The notes under the pieces were generated by a model that did no database searches, was not told the origin of the DNA, and saw nothing but the letters and a program-made list of their open reading frames with translations. Of a DNA stretch of 64,000 nt, positions 52,079 through 64,000 are shown piece after piece. A program made the translations under genes and the position numbers. Position 1 is the stretch's first letter. Each line of letters opens with the position of its first letter. This DNA is from Dictyostelium discoideum (Eukaryota): positions 4,192,001 to 4,256,000 of the forward strand of contig CM000154.2 of the NCBI GenBank assembly GCA_000004695.1. Direction: 5' to 3'.

Positions 52079-53576
52079 AAACATTGTTTGAAATTGTTTA
52101 AATAAAAAAAATTAAAAATAAAAAAAAGGTTCACACACATCTTATTGTTTGAAACATTTTTGAAATAATTTTTTTTCATATAAAAAATCAATTTTGTAAA
52201 TGATAACAACAAAAATAATATATTAAAACAAAATATAATGTAAAATAAAAAATAAAGAAAAAAAAAAAAAAGAAATATTTTTTAAATTTTACTATCATAT
52301 TAAAACTAAAATGAACAAACTTAATTATTTTTTTTGGGACCATAAAATAAATTTATTAGTTTCTACAATTTTTAAATAGTGAACCTTCTAAACAACAACC
52401 ACCATTTTGTAAACACACTTAAAATTATTCCCCACATGAAAAGTGTTTTATCAAACTGAATAATACATAAGTTTGTATAATTTCTTTCTTTTAAAAGTAA
52501 ATCAGTTATCTATTTTTAAATTTTAAGAATAAAAAAATAAAAAATTAAAAATTAAAAAATAAAAATAAAAAATAAAAAAAAAAAAGTAATCACCAGAAAT
52601 CACCTTGGGTTTTTTAGAATAATATCAGTGTTACCTGATCATTAATTCAAATACCGACTAGGCAATTTGAAAAAAAAAAAAAATTATTATTATTATAATA
52701 AACAAAAAAAAAAATAAAAAAATTAAAAAATAAAAAAAATAAAAAAATAAAAAAAAATGGAAAAATAGAAAATATCTTAGTGGGATTGACAAAGATTTAA
52801 AAAAATAAAAAAAAAAAAAAAAAATTTTGAAATGAAAAAATTTAAATAATTCAACAACGAAGGAAAAAGAATACAATTCCAATTAAAGGCTAATTGTTTT
52901 AAAAAAAATCTTTGAAAAATATCATAGTTAAAAAAAAAAAAAAAAAAAAGTTAACCCATTACTGATATATTACCGAAATGATATAATCAGCTTTTTTAAA
53001 GGAATTTAAATTAAAAAAAGAATAATAAAAATAAAAAAATTCTTGATTGTTGAGCCAAATGTGTGGGTGTGGTTACTTTTTTTTTTTTTTTTTCAATTGT
53101 TTGAATTATTTGATTATCAGGGGGTTTTTTTATTTTGTGTTGATAATTATAAAAATAATAAAAATAATAACACAACCACAATATTAGTAATCAATAACCA
53201 CAGGTTAATTTTTTAATTTTAGTAATTTTAATTTTTTATTATTTTTTTATTATTTTAAATTCACCTTTTTTTTTTTTTTTTTTTTTTTTTATTTTTAAAT
53301 TTTTATTTTTTTATTTAAATAACAAGTGTTTTTTTTGTAACCATTTTTTTTTTTTTTTGGTAATTAAATTTTTACAACTTTTATTATTATTATATAAAAA
53401 AAAAAAGTAATATATTTTAAAATTTGATTAGATGAGTTTGAAAAAAATTGGTTTAAACTAATTCAAATAAAATTTTTAGATATTTTATTAATTATTTTTA
53501 GAAAATATCTTTTTCCAAAAAAAAAAATAAAATAAAAAAAAAAAAAAAATAATATCTGGAAAAAAAAAAAAAAAAG

Positions 53577-55814
53577 ATGAAAATAAATAATTTAATTTAC
53601 AATGAAGGTAATTCATCCATTAATGTAAATTTAAATAGTTTTAAAAAATTATTACAACCACCAAAAGAAAATATAAATTTAGTAGCAATGGATGATAAAA
53701 CTATTGAAATACTTGGATCGGATGATGATATTAGAAGAGTATTAAATTCATTGAAAATTCAAGTTGATAAACATGGTAATTCATTAATTGAATCTGATAA
53801 ATCAATTGGAAAAACAACATTAATTAAAAACTATAGTCAATTATTTAATGACCAGTATGACCTAATTACAATGATTCATAATGAATCAATGGATAAAGAT
53901 TTATCAACATTCGCAATGTATATTGAAAATTATGAAAATGAAAATAATAATAATAATATTCAACTATTTGATAAATTAACAAATATAAATAATTTACCAA
54001 TACTTGTAAATGAAAAACTTTATAAATATTTGAATGAAACAAATAATAATTGGTTAATTTTATTTGATAATGCAAATTTAAAAAATTTAAATGAATTTCA
54101 AAAATCAGTACCTTTAATTTTTAATAGTAATAACAATTGTAAACATCATATATTAATTACAACTAAAGAATCTCAATTAAACAATATTGAAGATTTTAGT
54201 GATTTAGTATCATTTACATTAGAACCATTTTATGAAAGAACTAAATCAACAATTTTTATTAATAATCAAACAAATGAAAATAATTTATTTTTTTATAATA
54301 AAAATGAAGTTATAAAAAAGGGGATTATTCCAGAAGATGTTTCACATTTAATTTTAGGATTAGATTATAATTTACCAATACCAGATCAATTTATAATACC
54401 AAGATCAGTGGTTGAGATAACATTTGGGTTTAATTATAATATATCATTCTCTGAAACTATTTTACCAAATTCAATTACAAAATTAGTATTAGGTCATGGA
54501 TTTAATCAAATTATATATCCGGGTGATTTACCAAACAGTATTAAACATTTAGAATTGGGTCATTGTTTTAATCAAATTTTACAAGTTGGTTCAATACCTT
54601 CATCAACAACATTTTTAAAATTTTCACATTGTTATAATCAAAATTTAAAACCTGGTGTGATACCATCAAAAGTTAGAGTATTAGAATTTGGTCATTGTTT
54701 TGATAAAGTGATCGGAAAGAATACATTACCATATGGTTTATTAAGTTTAAAATTTGGTAACTTTTTCAATCAACCAATTGAAATTGATGAAATTCCAAAA
54801 ACTGTTAAATCAATTCACTTTGGGTACTACTTTAATCAACCAATACCTGAAAATGTAATACCATTCGGTGTTTATGATTTAACATTTGGGTGGTCATTTA
54901 ATCAAGTGTTAACAGAAGGTAGTATACCAAACTCAATTTGTAATTTAATTTTCAACGGAATGTTTAATCAAATGGTATCAAACACTAACACTATCCCACT
55001 ATCAGTACAACATTTGCAAGTTGGTAAGAATTTCAATCAGCCAATTAACAATCTATCATCATCAATCACACATTTAACTTGGAATAGTGAATTTAAATTA
55101 AAAGAAGACCAATTACCAATGACAATTACTCATTTAACATTTGGTGATAATTTTAATAAATTGGTTAAAGGCCATTTACCAAATTCAATAACTAGAATTG
55201 ATTTTGGTAACTTTTTCAATCACCCAATTCCAAAGAGTTACTTTCCACAATCTTTGACTCAATTAAACTTAGGTTACAAATTTAATAAACAAATTCAACC
55301 ATTTGTTTTACCACCATCTCTAACTCATTTAACTTTATCAAATGATTATAATCAAAACCTATTACCTGGAACATTACCACAATCTTTAAAATATTTATCA
55401 ATGGGTCAATCATTTAATAAACCTTTAGTTTTAAAACAAGGTTTGTTTTCAACAATTGTTAAATTTTTAAATAATCAAAATAATAATAATAATAATCAAA
55501 ATAATAATAATATTAATAATAGTAATAATAATATTATTATTAATCAAAATCAAATAATTAATGATAATTTTATTTCATTACTTCCAAATAATCTTGAAAT
55601 AATTTCATTAGGTTGGAAATATAATCAACCAATTTTAAAAGGTATTCCTGAAACTGTTAAAGAAATTAGTTTTGGTCCTTTCTTTTCACATCCAATTCAA
55701 AAAGATACTTTACCACCATCTGTTAAAAAAATAAATGTTTTTGGTGGTAAAAAAAATACTCAAATATTCGATAATATTTGTAAATCTATTAAAATTAATT
55801 ATCCTGATGAATAA
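53577..55814 (+). CDS. FNIP-repeat protein (745 aa). Its N-terminal region has NB-ARC/STAND-like motif spacing (GKTTL ... WLILFDNA ... HHILITTKES), followed by more than 15 FNIP repeats and a poly-N linker.
   Basis: ATG ORF. The FNIP repeats are of the LP.SI..L.FG..FNQPI type. The N-terminal motif block is described in findings. Confidence 0.7.
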   Translation: MKINNLIYNEGNSSINVNLNSFKKLLQPPKENINLVAMDDKTIEILGSDDDIRRVLNSLKIQVDKHGNSLIESDKSIGKTTLIKNYSQLFNDQYDLITMIHNESMDKDLSTFAMYIENYENENNNNNIQLFDKLTNINNLPILVNEKLYKYLNETNNNWLILFDNANLKNLNEFQKSVPLIFNSNNNCKHHILITTKESQLNNIEDFSDLVSFTLEPFYERTKSTIFINNQTNENNLFFYNKNEVIKKGIIPEDVSHLILGLDYNLPIPDQFIIPRSVVEITFGFNYNISFSETILPNSITKLVLGHGFNQIIYPGDLPNSIKHLELGHCFNQILQVGSIPSSTTFLKFSHCYNQNLKPGVIPSKVRVLEFGHCFDKVIGKNTLPYGLLSLKFGNFFNQPIEIDEIPKTVKSIHFGYYFNQPIPENVIPFGVYDLTFGWSFNQVLTEGSIPNSICNLIFNGMFNQMVSNTNTIPLSVQHLQVGKNFNQPINNLSSSITHLTWNSEFKLKEDQLPMTITHLTFGDNFNKLVKGHLPNSITRIDFGNFFNHPIPKSYFPQSLTQLNLGYKFNKQIQPFVLPPSLTHLTLSNDYNQNLLPGTLPQSLKYLSMGQSFNKPLVLKQGLFSTIVKFLNNQNNNNNNQNNNNINNSNNNIIINQNQIINDNFISLLPNNLEIISLGWKYNQPILKGIPETVKEISFGPFFSHPIQKDTLPPSVKKINVFGGKKNTQIFDNICKSIKINYPDE

Positions 55815-56316
55815 AAAAAAAATAAAAAAATAAAAAAATAAAAAAAAATAAATTTTTGTAAATAGCCTCTAATTTTTTTTTTTAGGTCTCACCAATGGAT
55901 ACGCATATATCATTGTTTATTATTTAATTTAGAAATTATAATAAATGATTTCAAAAAAAAAAAAAAAAAAAAAATTAAAAATAAAAAAAAAAAAACATTG
56001 GGTGATTGCCCAGGGGATTTATAAAAAGGATTCTGAAAAAAAAAAAAAAAAAAAAAAGTTTTTATACAATGAATGAGTGCATTTAAATGGAATTTCAATA
56101 CAATCTTTGTTTTTTTTTTTTTTTGGTATGGAAATATGAAAAAAATAAATAATATAATAAAACAATTAAATTTTGAAAACACGTAAAATAAATGGTTTTT
56201 TTTTTTTTTTTTTTTTTTTTTGATTTGTAACAGAACTTCTATTGTTTATTTTAAAAGTTTAGTCGTTCACCAAAAAAAATTTTTTTTTTTGGGTTGCCTT
56301 ATCTATTCGTGAAAAA

Positions 56317-56378
56317 TTATTGTGCATATTTTCTTGTCCACTCACGGGCATTAGATTCGAATCTATTTTTGTCTGTTT
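56317..56378 (-). CDS. UBE2D-type ubiquitin-conjugating enzyme E2, exon 5 (-TDKNRFESNAREWTRKYAQ, stop).
   Basis: Acceptor AAAAACAG ending at 56379. Stop TAA at 56319-56317. Compare human UBE2D, [20 protein letters not shown]. Confidence 0.75.
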
Positions 56379-56430
56379 CTGTTTTTTTTTAAAAGAGAAT
56401 GGTGTTAGAGAGAGGAGATATTCTGTTTTA

Positions 56431-56700
<270 letters not shown>

Positions 56701-56868
56701 TTAATGAAAACTTTTTTTTTTTTTTTTTTTTTTTGCTGTTATTATTATTATTATTTTTATACGATTCTGGTGCTATTTATTATATTCTTTGTGTAGACCA
56801 CTATTTGGAAGGTTATGATTATATTTATGTATATTTTTGAGGTATTATTGTTTTATTTTATGTTGCTA

Positions 56869-56976
<108 letters not shown>

Positions 56977-57031
56977 CTATGTAATCCAATTTTTATGTTA
57001 ATAATAGAATTAAAAAAAAAAAAAGATGTTA

Positions 57032-57208
<177 letters not shown>

Positions 57209-57399
57209 CTATAAAAGAGAAAAGGGAAAGGGGAGAAAGGGAGAGGGAGGAGGAGAAAAAAAAAAAAAAAAAAATTAATATCCAAATTTTATGTTGATTA
57301 AATAAAAGTCCATAGAACTAATTGAAAGAAAAAAAAAAAAAAAAAAAAAATTCTTTTTTTTTTTTTTTTATATATATAAACCTATTCTATGATTCTTAC

Positions 57400-57423
57400 T
57401 TTATTAATTCTCTTTAAAGCCAT
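57400..57423 (-). CDS. E2 exon 1 (MALKRINK).
   Basis: ATG at 57423. Donor GTAAGA at 57399. UBE2D begins MALKRI. The total is 147 aa, exactly UBE2D length. Possibly ubcB, but this cannot be confirmed from sequence alone. Confidence 0.7.
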
Positions 57424-57750
57424 ATTTGTTCCTATTTTATATTTAAAAATTGTATTTGAAGGTAAATTATGTAAAATTTTGTGTGTATAAATAAAAAAAA
57501 AATAAAAAATAAAAAAATGTTTATTATTAAAATAAATAAAAAAAATAATAAAAAAATTATTAGAAATTTTCTTGTATAAAATGTTTGATTCCCTATAATT
57601 ATAAATAAAATACTTACAAACTGTTACTTTTTTGTGAAATATATAATTTATAGTAATAAATATAAAAAGTCTTTGTGTGTGTAAAAATTTAAATGAAAAA
57701 AACAAACTCAAAAAAAAAAAAAAAAAAAAAATAGCAAAGGTTTTTTTTTT

Positions 57751-57782
<32 letters not shown>

Positions 57783-58032
57783 TTTAATTTTTTTTTTTTT
57801 TTTAATTTTTTTTTTTTTTTCTTTTTAAAATTAAAAATAATATAGATAAACGAATGCGTTATCACAAATATTTGTGTAAATATCAATTATTTTATTTATT
57901 AATTTTTTAATCTATTTATAACGCACATTAACTTTAGTTTAAAAAAAAAAAAGAAAAAAAAAAAAAGAAAAAAAGAAAAAAAAAAGAAAAAAAAAATAAT
58001 TAAAAAATGACTTTGGATGACTTATGATGACT

Positions 58033-58074
<42 letters not shown>

Positions 58075-58551
58075 ATTATTAAAAATAAAGAACAAACAAA
58101 ATTGATTCAATTTTTTGTGTATTTATTTAAAAATATAATAATTATCCAACATTGTTTTTAATTTAATTTTTTCCTTTTTCTTTTTTTTTTAATTTTTTTT
58201 TAATTTTTAATTTTTAATTTTTTTTTTTTTTATTGGTTTTTCTTTATTTAATTAAAAAGTTAAAATGAAAACACCTTGTTTAGTTTTTTTTTTCACACAC
58301 ACAACTGAGTACAAAAATTTAAAAGTAAAAAAAAAAAAAAATAATTAATTGGAAAAAATAATTAAATAAATAAAAAGGGGTTTAATTAATTATTAAAAAA
58401 TCCAAAAAAAAGTAGTGTGTCATTGAAAAAAAATGAAACATTGAATTAACCGGGTTTAAATGAACGTGGGGGGAAAAGTGTGTCAATAACCAATTCCCCA
58501 CCCCCAATTTTTTAAAAAAGGAATTAAATCCCAAAATTTACAAAGGGCCAA

Positions 58552-58582
<31 letters not shown>

Positions 58583-58628
58583 TTTTATTTTTTTTTTAAA
58601 TTAAAAGGGGAAAAGGTAAAAAATTGTT

Positions 58629-58662
<34 letters not shown>

Positions 58663-58707
58663 TTCAAGTGGAATCGCTTATAAATAATCCCCATAAAAGG
58701 TAATTAT

Positions 58708-58747
<40 letters not shown>

Positions 58748-58882
58748 AAATAAAAACTTTAATAATAAAAAAAATAAAAGATTAATAAAATTTTAAAATA
58801 TAATTTTTATTTTATTTTATTTTTTATAAAAAAAATAAAGAAAAAAAAAATAAATAAATAATAGAATTATATAATTTAAACA

Positions 58883-59233
58883 ATGGAACCAATTCCATCA
58901 TTAATTGAATTTGATGAGTTATATAAAGAGAATTTATTTTTAAAAAAACAAATAAATCAATATAAAGTTGAAAATGAACAATTAAAATATGATAAAAATC
59001 AAATGAAAAAAAGTTTAGAAAAAGCAAGATTAATAATAGTCGAACAAAGAAAAAAAATTATTTCACCACCACCAATTGTAGATTCATTTGGAAATGTTCA
59101 AATTTCAACTCCTTCTTCAACTATTTCCTCTCCTTCAATTGGTAAACAACTTCAATCACAATCACAACTACAACAACAAATAAATAAACAATATCAAGAT
59201 TCAACAATAAAAAATATTTCAAACGAAACTTTA

Positions 59234-59267
<34 letters not shown>

Positions 59268-60034
59268 TTAATAACTCAAATGATTTTGAAATTGAAATTA
59301 ATTTAGGTTCAAGTAAGAAATCATCACCAATGATTAAAAGTTTTTCATTACCATCAATTAATATACCATTTTTTTCATTTCAAAATAATAATAATAACAA
59401 TAATATTAATAAACTAAAACAATTTGATGAAGAAGAACAAATTGAAATTGAATATCCTATTGAATCAATATCGACAACACCATGTTCATTTAATAGTGAA
59501 TGTTCAACACCTAATGGAAGTGTATCAATACCATTTTGTTTAAGTAAATCCCTACCTAGTATAGCTACAAATTTAAACATCAACAACAATAATAATAACA
59601 ATAATACAAATAATACAAATAATAATAATGGAATACTATTGGAAACAATTAAAAATATGTTAAAAAAGAATAAAGATAAAACAAAAGAGCAAGAGCTATT
59701 AATTCGTCAATTAAAGCAACAGAATACAATTTTATTAGACTTAAATAATTCATTCAAAGAAAGAACTGAAATTTTAGAAAAAAAAGTCATTTTAAATAAA
59801 CAACAATTAAATAATAATAATATTAAAAATGATAATAATAATAATAACCAAAATAACAATATTAATAATTTTAATAGATCACCATCAAAATTATTAAATA
59901 ATATTAGATTATCACCTTTAGTATGTTCTTCAAATATTCCTAATAATAATACTAATAATAACAAAAATAATAATAATAATAATAAAAATAAGCAACAACA
60001 AAATGATGTTCAGTTAGAAGTAATTGTATTATAA
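58883..60034 (+). CDS. Asn/Gln-rich protein (383 aa) with N-terminal and central coiled-coil segments (LKKQINQYKVENEQLKYDKNQMKKSLEKARLIIVEQRKKI; QELLIRQLKQQNTILLDLNNSFKERTEILEKKV).
   Basis: ATG ORF with heptad-like charged and hydrophobic periodicity and poly-N tracts. No specific family recognised. Confidence 0.55.
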
Positions 60035-60150
60035 TTAAAATCAAGATCCAAAATTTTTTTTTTCCAATTTTAAATAAATAAAACTGATTTTCTTAATTTA
60101 AAAAACTAAATATACTTTTATTTATTTTTATTTCAAAAAATATAATTTAT

Positions 60151-60481
60151 TTATGATTTTAACCTCTTTCTACCTCCACTAGAAGAAGAGGAAGAGGAGG
60201 AGGAAGAAGAAGATAATGGTGAGGAAGAAGGAGAATTGTTACCAGGGTCATCAACATTTTCACTCTTATTATTATTATTATTCTTTTTGTTATTATTTAA
60301 AATTGTAGGTGATGAGGAAGAGGATGGGGTTGAAGGTGATTCTTCATAGTCAAATAATAATCTTTTGCCAACCATTTTCTTTTCAGTATTATTATTATTA
60401 TTGCTATTATTATTGCTATTATTATTGTTATTATTATTGTTATTATTGTTATTATTGTTATTATTGTCGTTGCTATTATTA

Positions 60482-60540
<59 letters not shown>

Positions 60541-61064
60541 ACTTGAAGGAGTTGTTGGTGGTGGAGGTACCATTTCATCATTTTTCTTTTTATTTAAACA
60601 TTGATTGATTTGAAATAATTCTTTACTTGGACTCTTTGCGACAATATAAGTGTATGAACTAGAGATTGGAGTATGTTGTTTCATAGGTGATATTGTAACC
60701 ATACTATTTACAGAGAAACTACTATTATAATTAACACCTTTTTGTGGTGATAATGGTATTGATGAAGAGAATTTATTTGGTGTATTATTATTGCTATTAT
60801 ATGGATTATTATTTTGATTTTTGGTTGGTGTGTGAAATAATGGGTTCCATTTCTTAGGTGAATTTTGATTTAGTAAAGGTGGTGGTAAATTTTGTAGTGG
60901 TTGTTGATATTGATGTTGTTGCTGTTGTTGATATTTACTAAATACTTCATGAATGTAAGGATCCATTTTTGTTAAAAATATTTTATTATAAAATAAAATT
61001 ATATCACCCTTTACTGGATTATTATTATTATTATTATTTTCATTATTATTATTATTATTATTAA

Positions 61065-61131
<67 letters not shown>

Positions 61132-61884
61132 TTCATCATTACCTATATAAACTTCTTTATAAACTTTAGCAGAGATACAAGATTTATCAATGATTGCTTT
61201 AAAGGTAATATTTTTAGAGTTAACTTTACATATTGCATAGATTGAACAAATTAAAAGTACATCTATTTCTCTATTTTTAAATAATAATGTTTCATCGATT
61301 AAGATCTTTATCATGACTTGATAGATTTGAACCACATAATCTGATGATAATCCCATTGCATGAATTAACTTTCTACATTTTGCAATGATCAATGTTGATA
61401 CTTTTTTAATGAAATTTTGAATAAATGGATTCTTTTTAGTTGGTGTATTTGGTATATTTGTATTAATTAATTGTTGATTCCTGAAAGGATTATTATTTTG
61501 ATTTTTAGTTGGTGTTGAAAATACTTGAGTTGGACGTAAATGTGTTGTTATGGCAGCACCAACACCATTACTATTAAAAATGTTTTGAAAATCATGACTT
61601 TTAATTGTTGAAAAAACGGTTGAATTATTTGACCAAACATATTTCTCTAAAATTTTCTCTTCAATTTGACTAAAATGTTGAGCCAACAGTTTAGGGAGAT
61701 CAGCATCAACTTTTAATACTAAATCAATTAATCTTAGATAAGAGAATGGATGAAGTTTGAAAACATTTATAAAATGAGGGAAATATAATCCTTCCATCTT
61801 ATAAACATATGCTATAATTTCAAAGCTATTTGACAATAATGATTTATGAAAATCTTCATGATTTAATAATACATTAATATTTGA
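60151..61884 (-). CDS. rblA: rblA (retinoblastoma-like), exon 2. It covers the end of pocket A, the spacer, pocket B (DVLLICSIYAICKVNSKNITFKAIIDK...DIILFYNKIFLTKMDPYI) and the C-terminal tail.
   Basis: Pocket B matches Rb (LDQIMMCSMYGICKV...FKIIVTAYKDL...IIVFYNSVFMQRLK). Acceptor CAAAAG ending at 61885. The frame is stop-free to 60151. The track M is a TTG. Confidence 0.75.
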
Positions 61885-61977
61885 CTTTTGTATAAATATA
61901 TATATATATAAAATAGAAATAGAAATATATTAATATTAATAATTTTTTTATTTTTATTTTTTTTAAATTTTACTTAC

Positions 61978-62476
61978 ACTTGTATTTTGTTCAAATTTAA
62001 TTAATTTTTCAAGTAAACAATAATATAATTGTATTGCCATATTCTTTCTTCTTTGTTTTACTTCTTGTTGTTGTTGTTGTTGTTGTTGATGATCGTCAAT
62101 ACCACCAATAGAGAATAAACTATCAGTATTATTTGTTAATGATGAAACTCTTTCAATCATTTTATCAACTTCTGATGTTTGTTGTGGTTGATCCGCAGAT
62201 TTTAAAATATTAATTAAATTTAAAGAGGGATTTGGATCTCTATAGTTTTGAATTTCAACTTTTAACCAAGATTCTAATGTTAGAGTTAAAGATATTGGTG
62301 TTTGTGGTATAACACTACCTAAATTACCGGCACTTAAGGATTTTGATGGTGTACCGTATATATTCTTTCTTAAATTACCACCACCACCACCACCACTACT
62401 ACTACTACTACCATATCTTGATGGTGTCGTTGGTGTTGAAGGTGGCAATAATGATGAATATTGATAATTTAAATGA

Positions 62477-62520
<44 letters not shown>

Positions 62521-63104
62521 ATAATTATTATTATGATTATTGTTATTATTATTATTATTTTGGTTATTATTATTATTATTTAAAACATATATATCATGAT
62601 CAAATGAATAAAATAAACGTTCATCTATGTCACCATTTGCATAATAATAAAGTTCATATGATTTGTTTAAAGAATTATAGTTATCTTTAATTATGCTAGA
62701 ATTATTAAAGATTGATTTAATACCATCACTATTATTATTATTGTTATTATTATTGTTATTATTATTGTTATTATTATCAAATAATTTTAAAATGGAATTA
62801 TTAATTAATAAATTAGAATAAGTTGAAAATATATTTTGATTAACATTTGAAAGATCGTCAAGATTACATGGAATTGATTTAGCTAAATATAATAGTATAT
62901 CTCCAGTTGCAGTATCAATGATTTGAACGCCTTGTGGTATCTTTTTCAATTCACTTATCGATGTATTAACATAAATGAAATTTATAATACATAATAGTAA
63001 ATGTAAAGATTGAACGAAATCTGGACTGTCCTTGGTAAACAATTTATTCTTACAGAAAAGGAAAATTAACCAGCCAATTGATAATAAATAATCTTCATTT
63101 GTTC

Positions 63105-63158
<54 letters not shown>

Positions 63159-64000
63159 TGTTATTATTATAGTTATGTTGTTGTGTTGTTTTTAATATAT
63201 AATTTTCAGTTGGATGAAATAGAGTGAAAAAGATTTGTTCATATTTTCTATAAAGATTATTTAATGTATTAAAAGATTGCTCCAATTGTCTACCTTGTTC
63301 TTCGAATGCATTACCTAATCTAAGGTTACTAATGAACGATCTAAGGGTATCAAAGAATTGTGATAATTTAATCTCACCTTCAAAGTGTTTCAAAAGTTGT
63401 GATAAAAACACTGAATTTTGTAAGAATTGACTATCACCACCACTTTCATTAATGCATGATCTTATTGATACTAATAATTCATTATTATTACTACTATTTT
63501 TATTAATACTATTATTATTTTCATTTAATAATGTATCTTCTTCTTCTTCTTCTTCTGTATCAGTGGTGGTTTCTTCTTCTTCTTCATTACTATCATTATT
63601 TTTATTTTTGCTATTATTAGTTTTTCTTATCTTTCTTCCTTTTATTTTACTATTATTATCTGGTTGAAAAGATGAAGAAGAGGGTTGATTTAAATTATAT
63701 AATAAAGAACTAAATTTCTTATTACCACATATAAATAATGAGCATGCTACAATTTGTTTTTGAAATTGTTCAGATGTATCAACCGATACTAATTGCATAT
63801 TCTCTAATAAACACCATGCCAACTTGATTGTATCTTGATCTACATTCAATGCTGATGATGTCCTATCTAATTTTGATTTTAATTCCTCTAATTGAATTTG
63901 GGTATATCTACCTTTTAATTCTGCTGCTGCCACTAACTCATCCAAAAGATTAATTTTATTATTTATAATATCATTATTATTATTTTCATTATTTTCATTA
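61978..64000 (-). CDS. rblA: rblA exon 1 (RbN and the pocket A cyclin folds), 5'-partial. The frame is still open at the window edge.
   Basis: The donor GTAAGT at 61977-61972 overlaps the track ORF's stop. The N-terminal DTIKLAWCLLENM...ACSLFICG aligns with Rb (RERAWLTWEKV...GICIFIAA). The track M at 63945 is a TTG, and the frame continues upstream (NENNENNNNDIINNKINLL) to nt 64000. Confidence 0.7.

Noticed and set aside
56345-56365. A tRNA-like GATTCGAATC motif (resembling a T-loop) at about 56353-56362.
   Set aside because: It lies inside the E2 terminal coding exon, encoding FESNAR in the reverse frame. There is no acceptor-stem or anticodon-arm complementarity, so it is not a tRNA.

Overview
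This 64 kb window reads as Dictyostelium discoideum-type nuclear DNA. It is about 75-80% A+T, with homopolymer and microsatellite-rich intergenic deserts, poly-N and poly-Q coding tracts, FNIP-repeat genes, and short AT-rich introns (GTAAGT/GTATGT ... AG). The supplied ORF track uses TTG/CTG/GTG as starts and misses exons that lack a start codon, so I re-derived splice structures by hand.

About 22 protein-coding genes are supported:
- Recognisable genes: rbm22 (Slt11-like splicing factor); a GET2/CAML-like membrane protein; abcE1 (RLI/ABCE1, 2 exons); two FNIP-repeat genes, one fused to a B-box zinc finger; a copine (3 exons); a Sac-domain phosphoinositide phosphatase of about 1,700 aa (3 exons); an AlkD-like DNA-alkylation-repair glycosylase (3 exons); a UBE2D-type E2 of 147 aa in 5 exons that is entirely absent from the ORF track; and rblA (retinoblastoma-like, 5'-partial).
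- A tight cluster of three aldehyde dehydrogenase paralogs at 38.5-44.8 kb.
- Several low-complexity or secreted proteins.

The most interesting signals:
1. ALDH-A carries an extra intron that is a diverged copy of its own first intron, which looks like intron gain by duplication.
2. An FNIP-repeat protein has an N-terminal block with NB-ARC/STAND-like spacing (GKTT ... hhhhD ... ILITTK), giving an NLR-like architecture.
3. Six copies of an identical 16-bp direct repeat sit in an array with unique spacers (7269-7606), inside a composite repeat region.
4. A bacterial-type AlkD-like gene with spliceosomal introns lies convergent to the ALDH cluster.
5. Two GC-rich islands share motifs, one with a DUSE-like CCCATAA element, and may be ncRNA promoters.
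6. A perfect 25-bp hairpin lies at 51923-51985.

All coordinates were traced by hand from the sequence; exon boundaries should be confirmed with RNA-seq.
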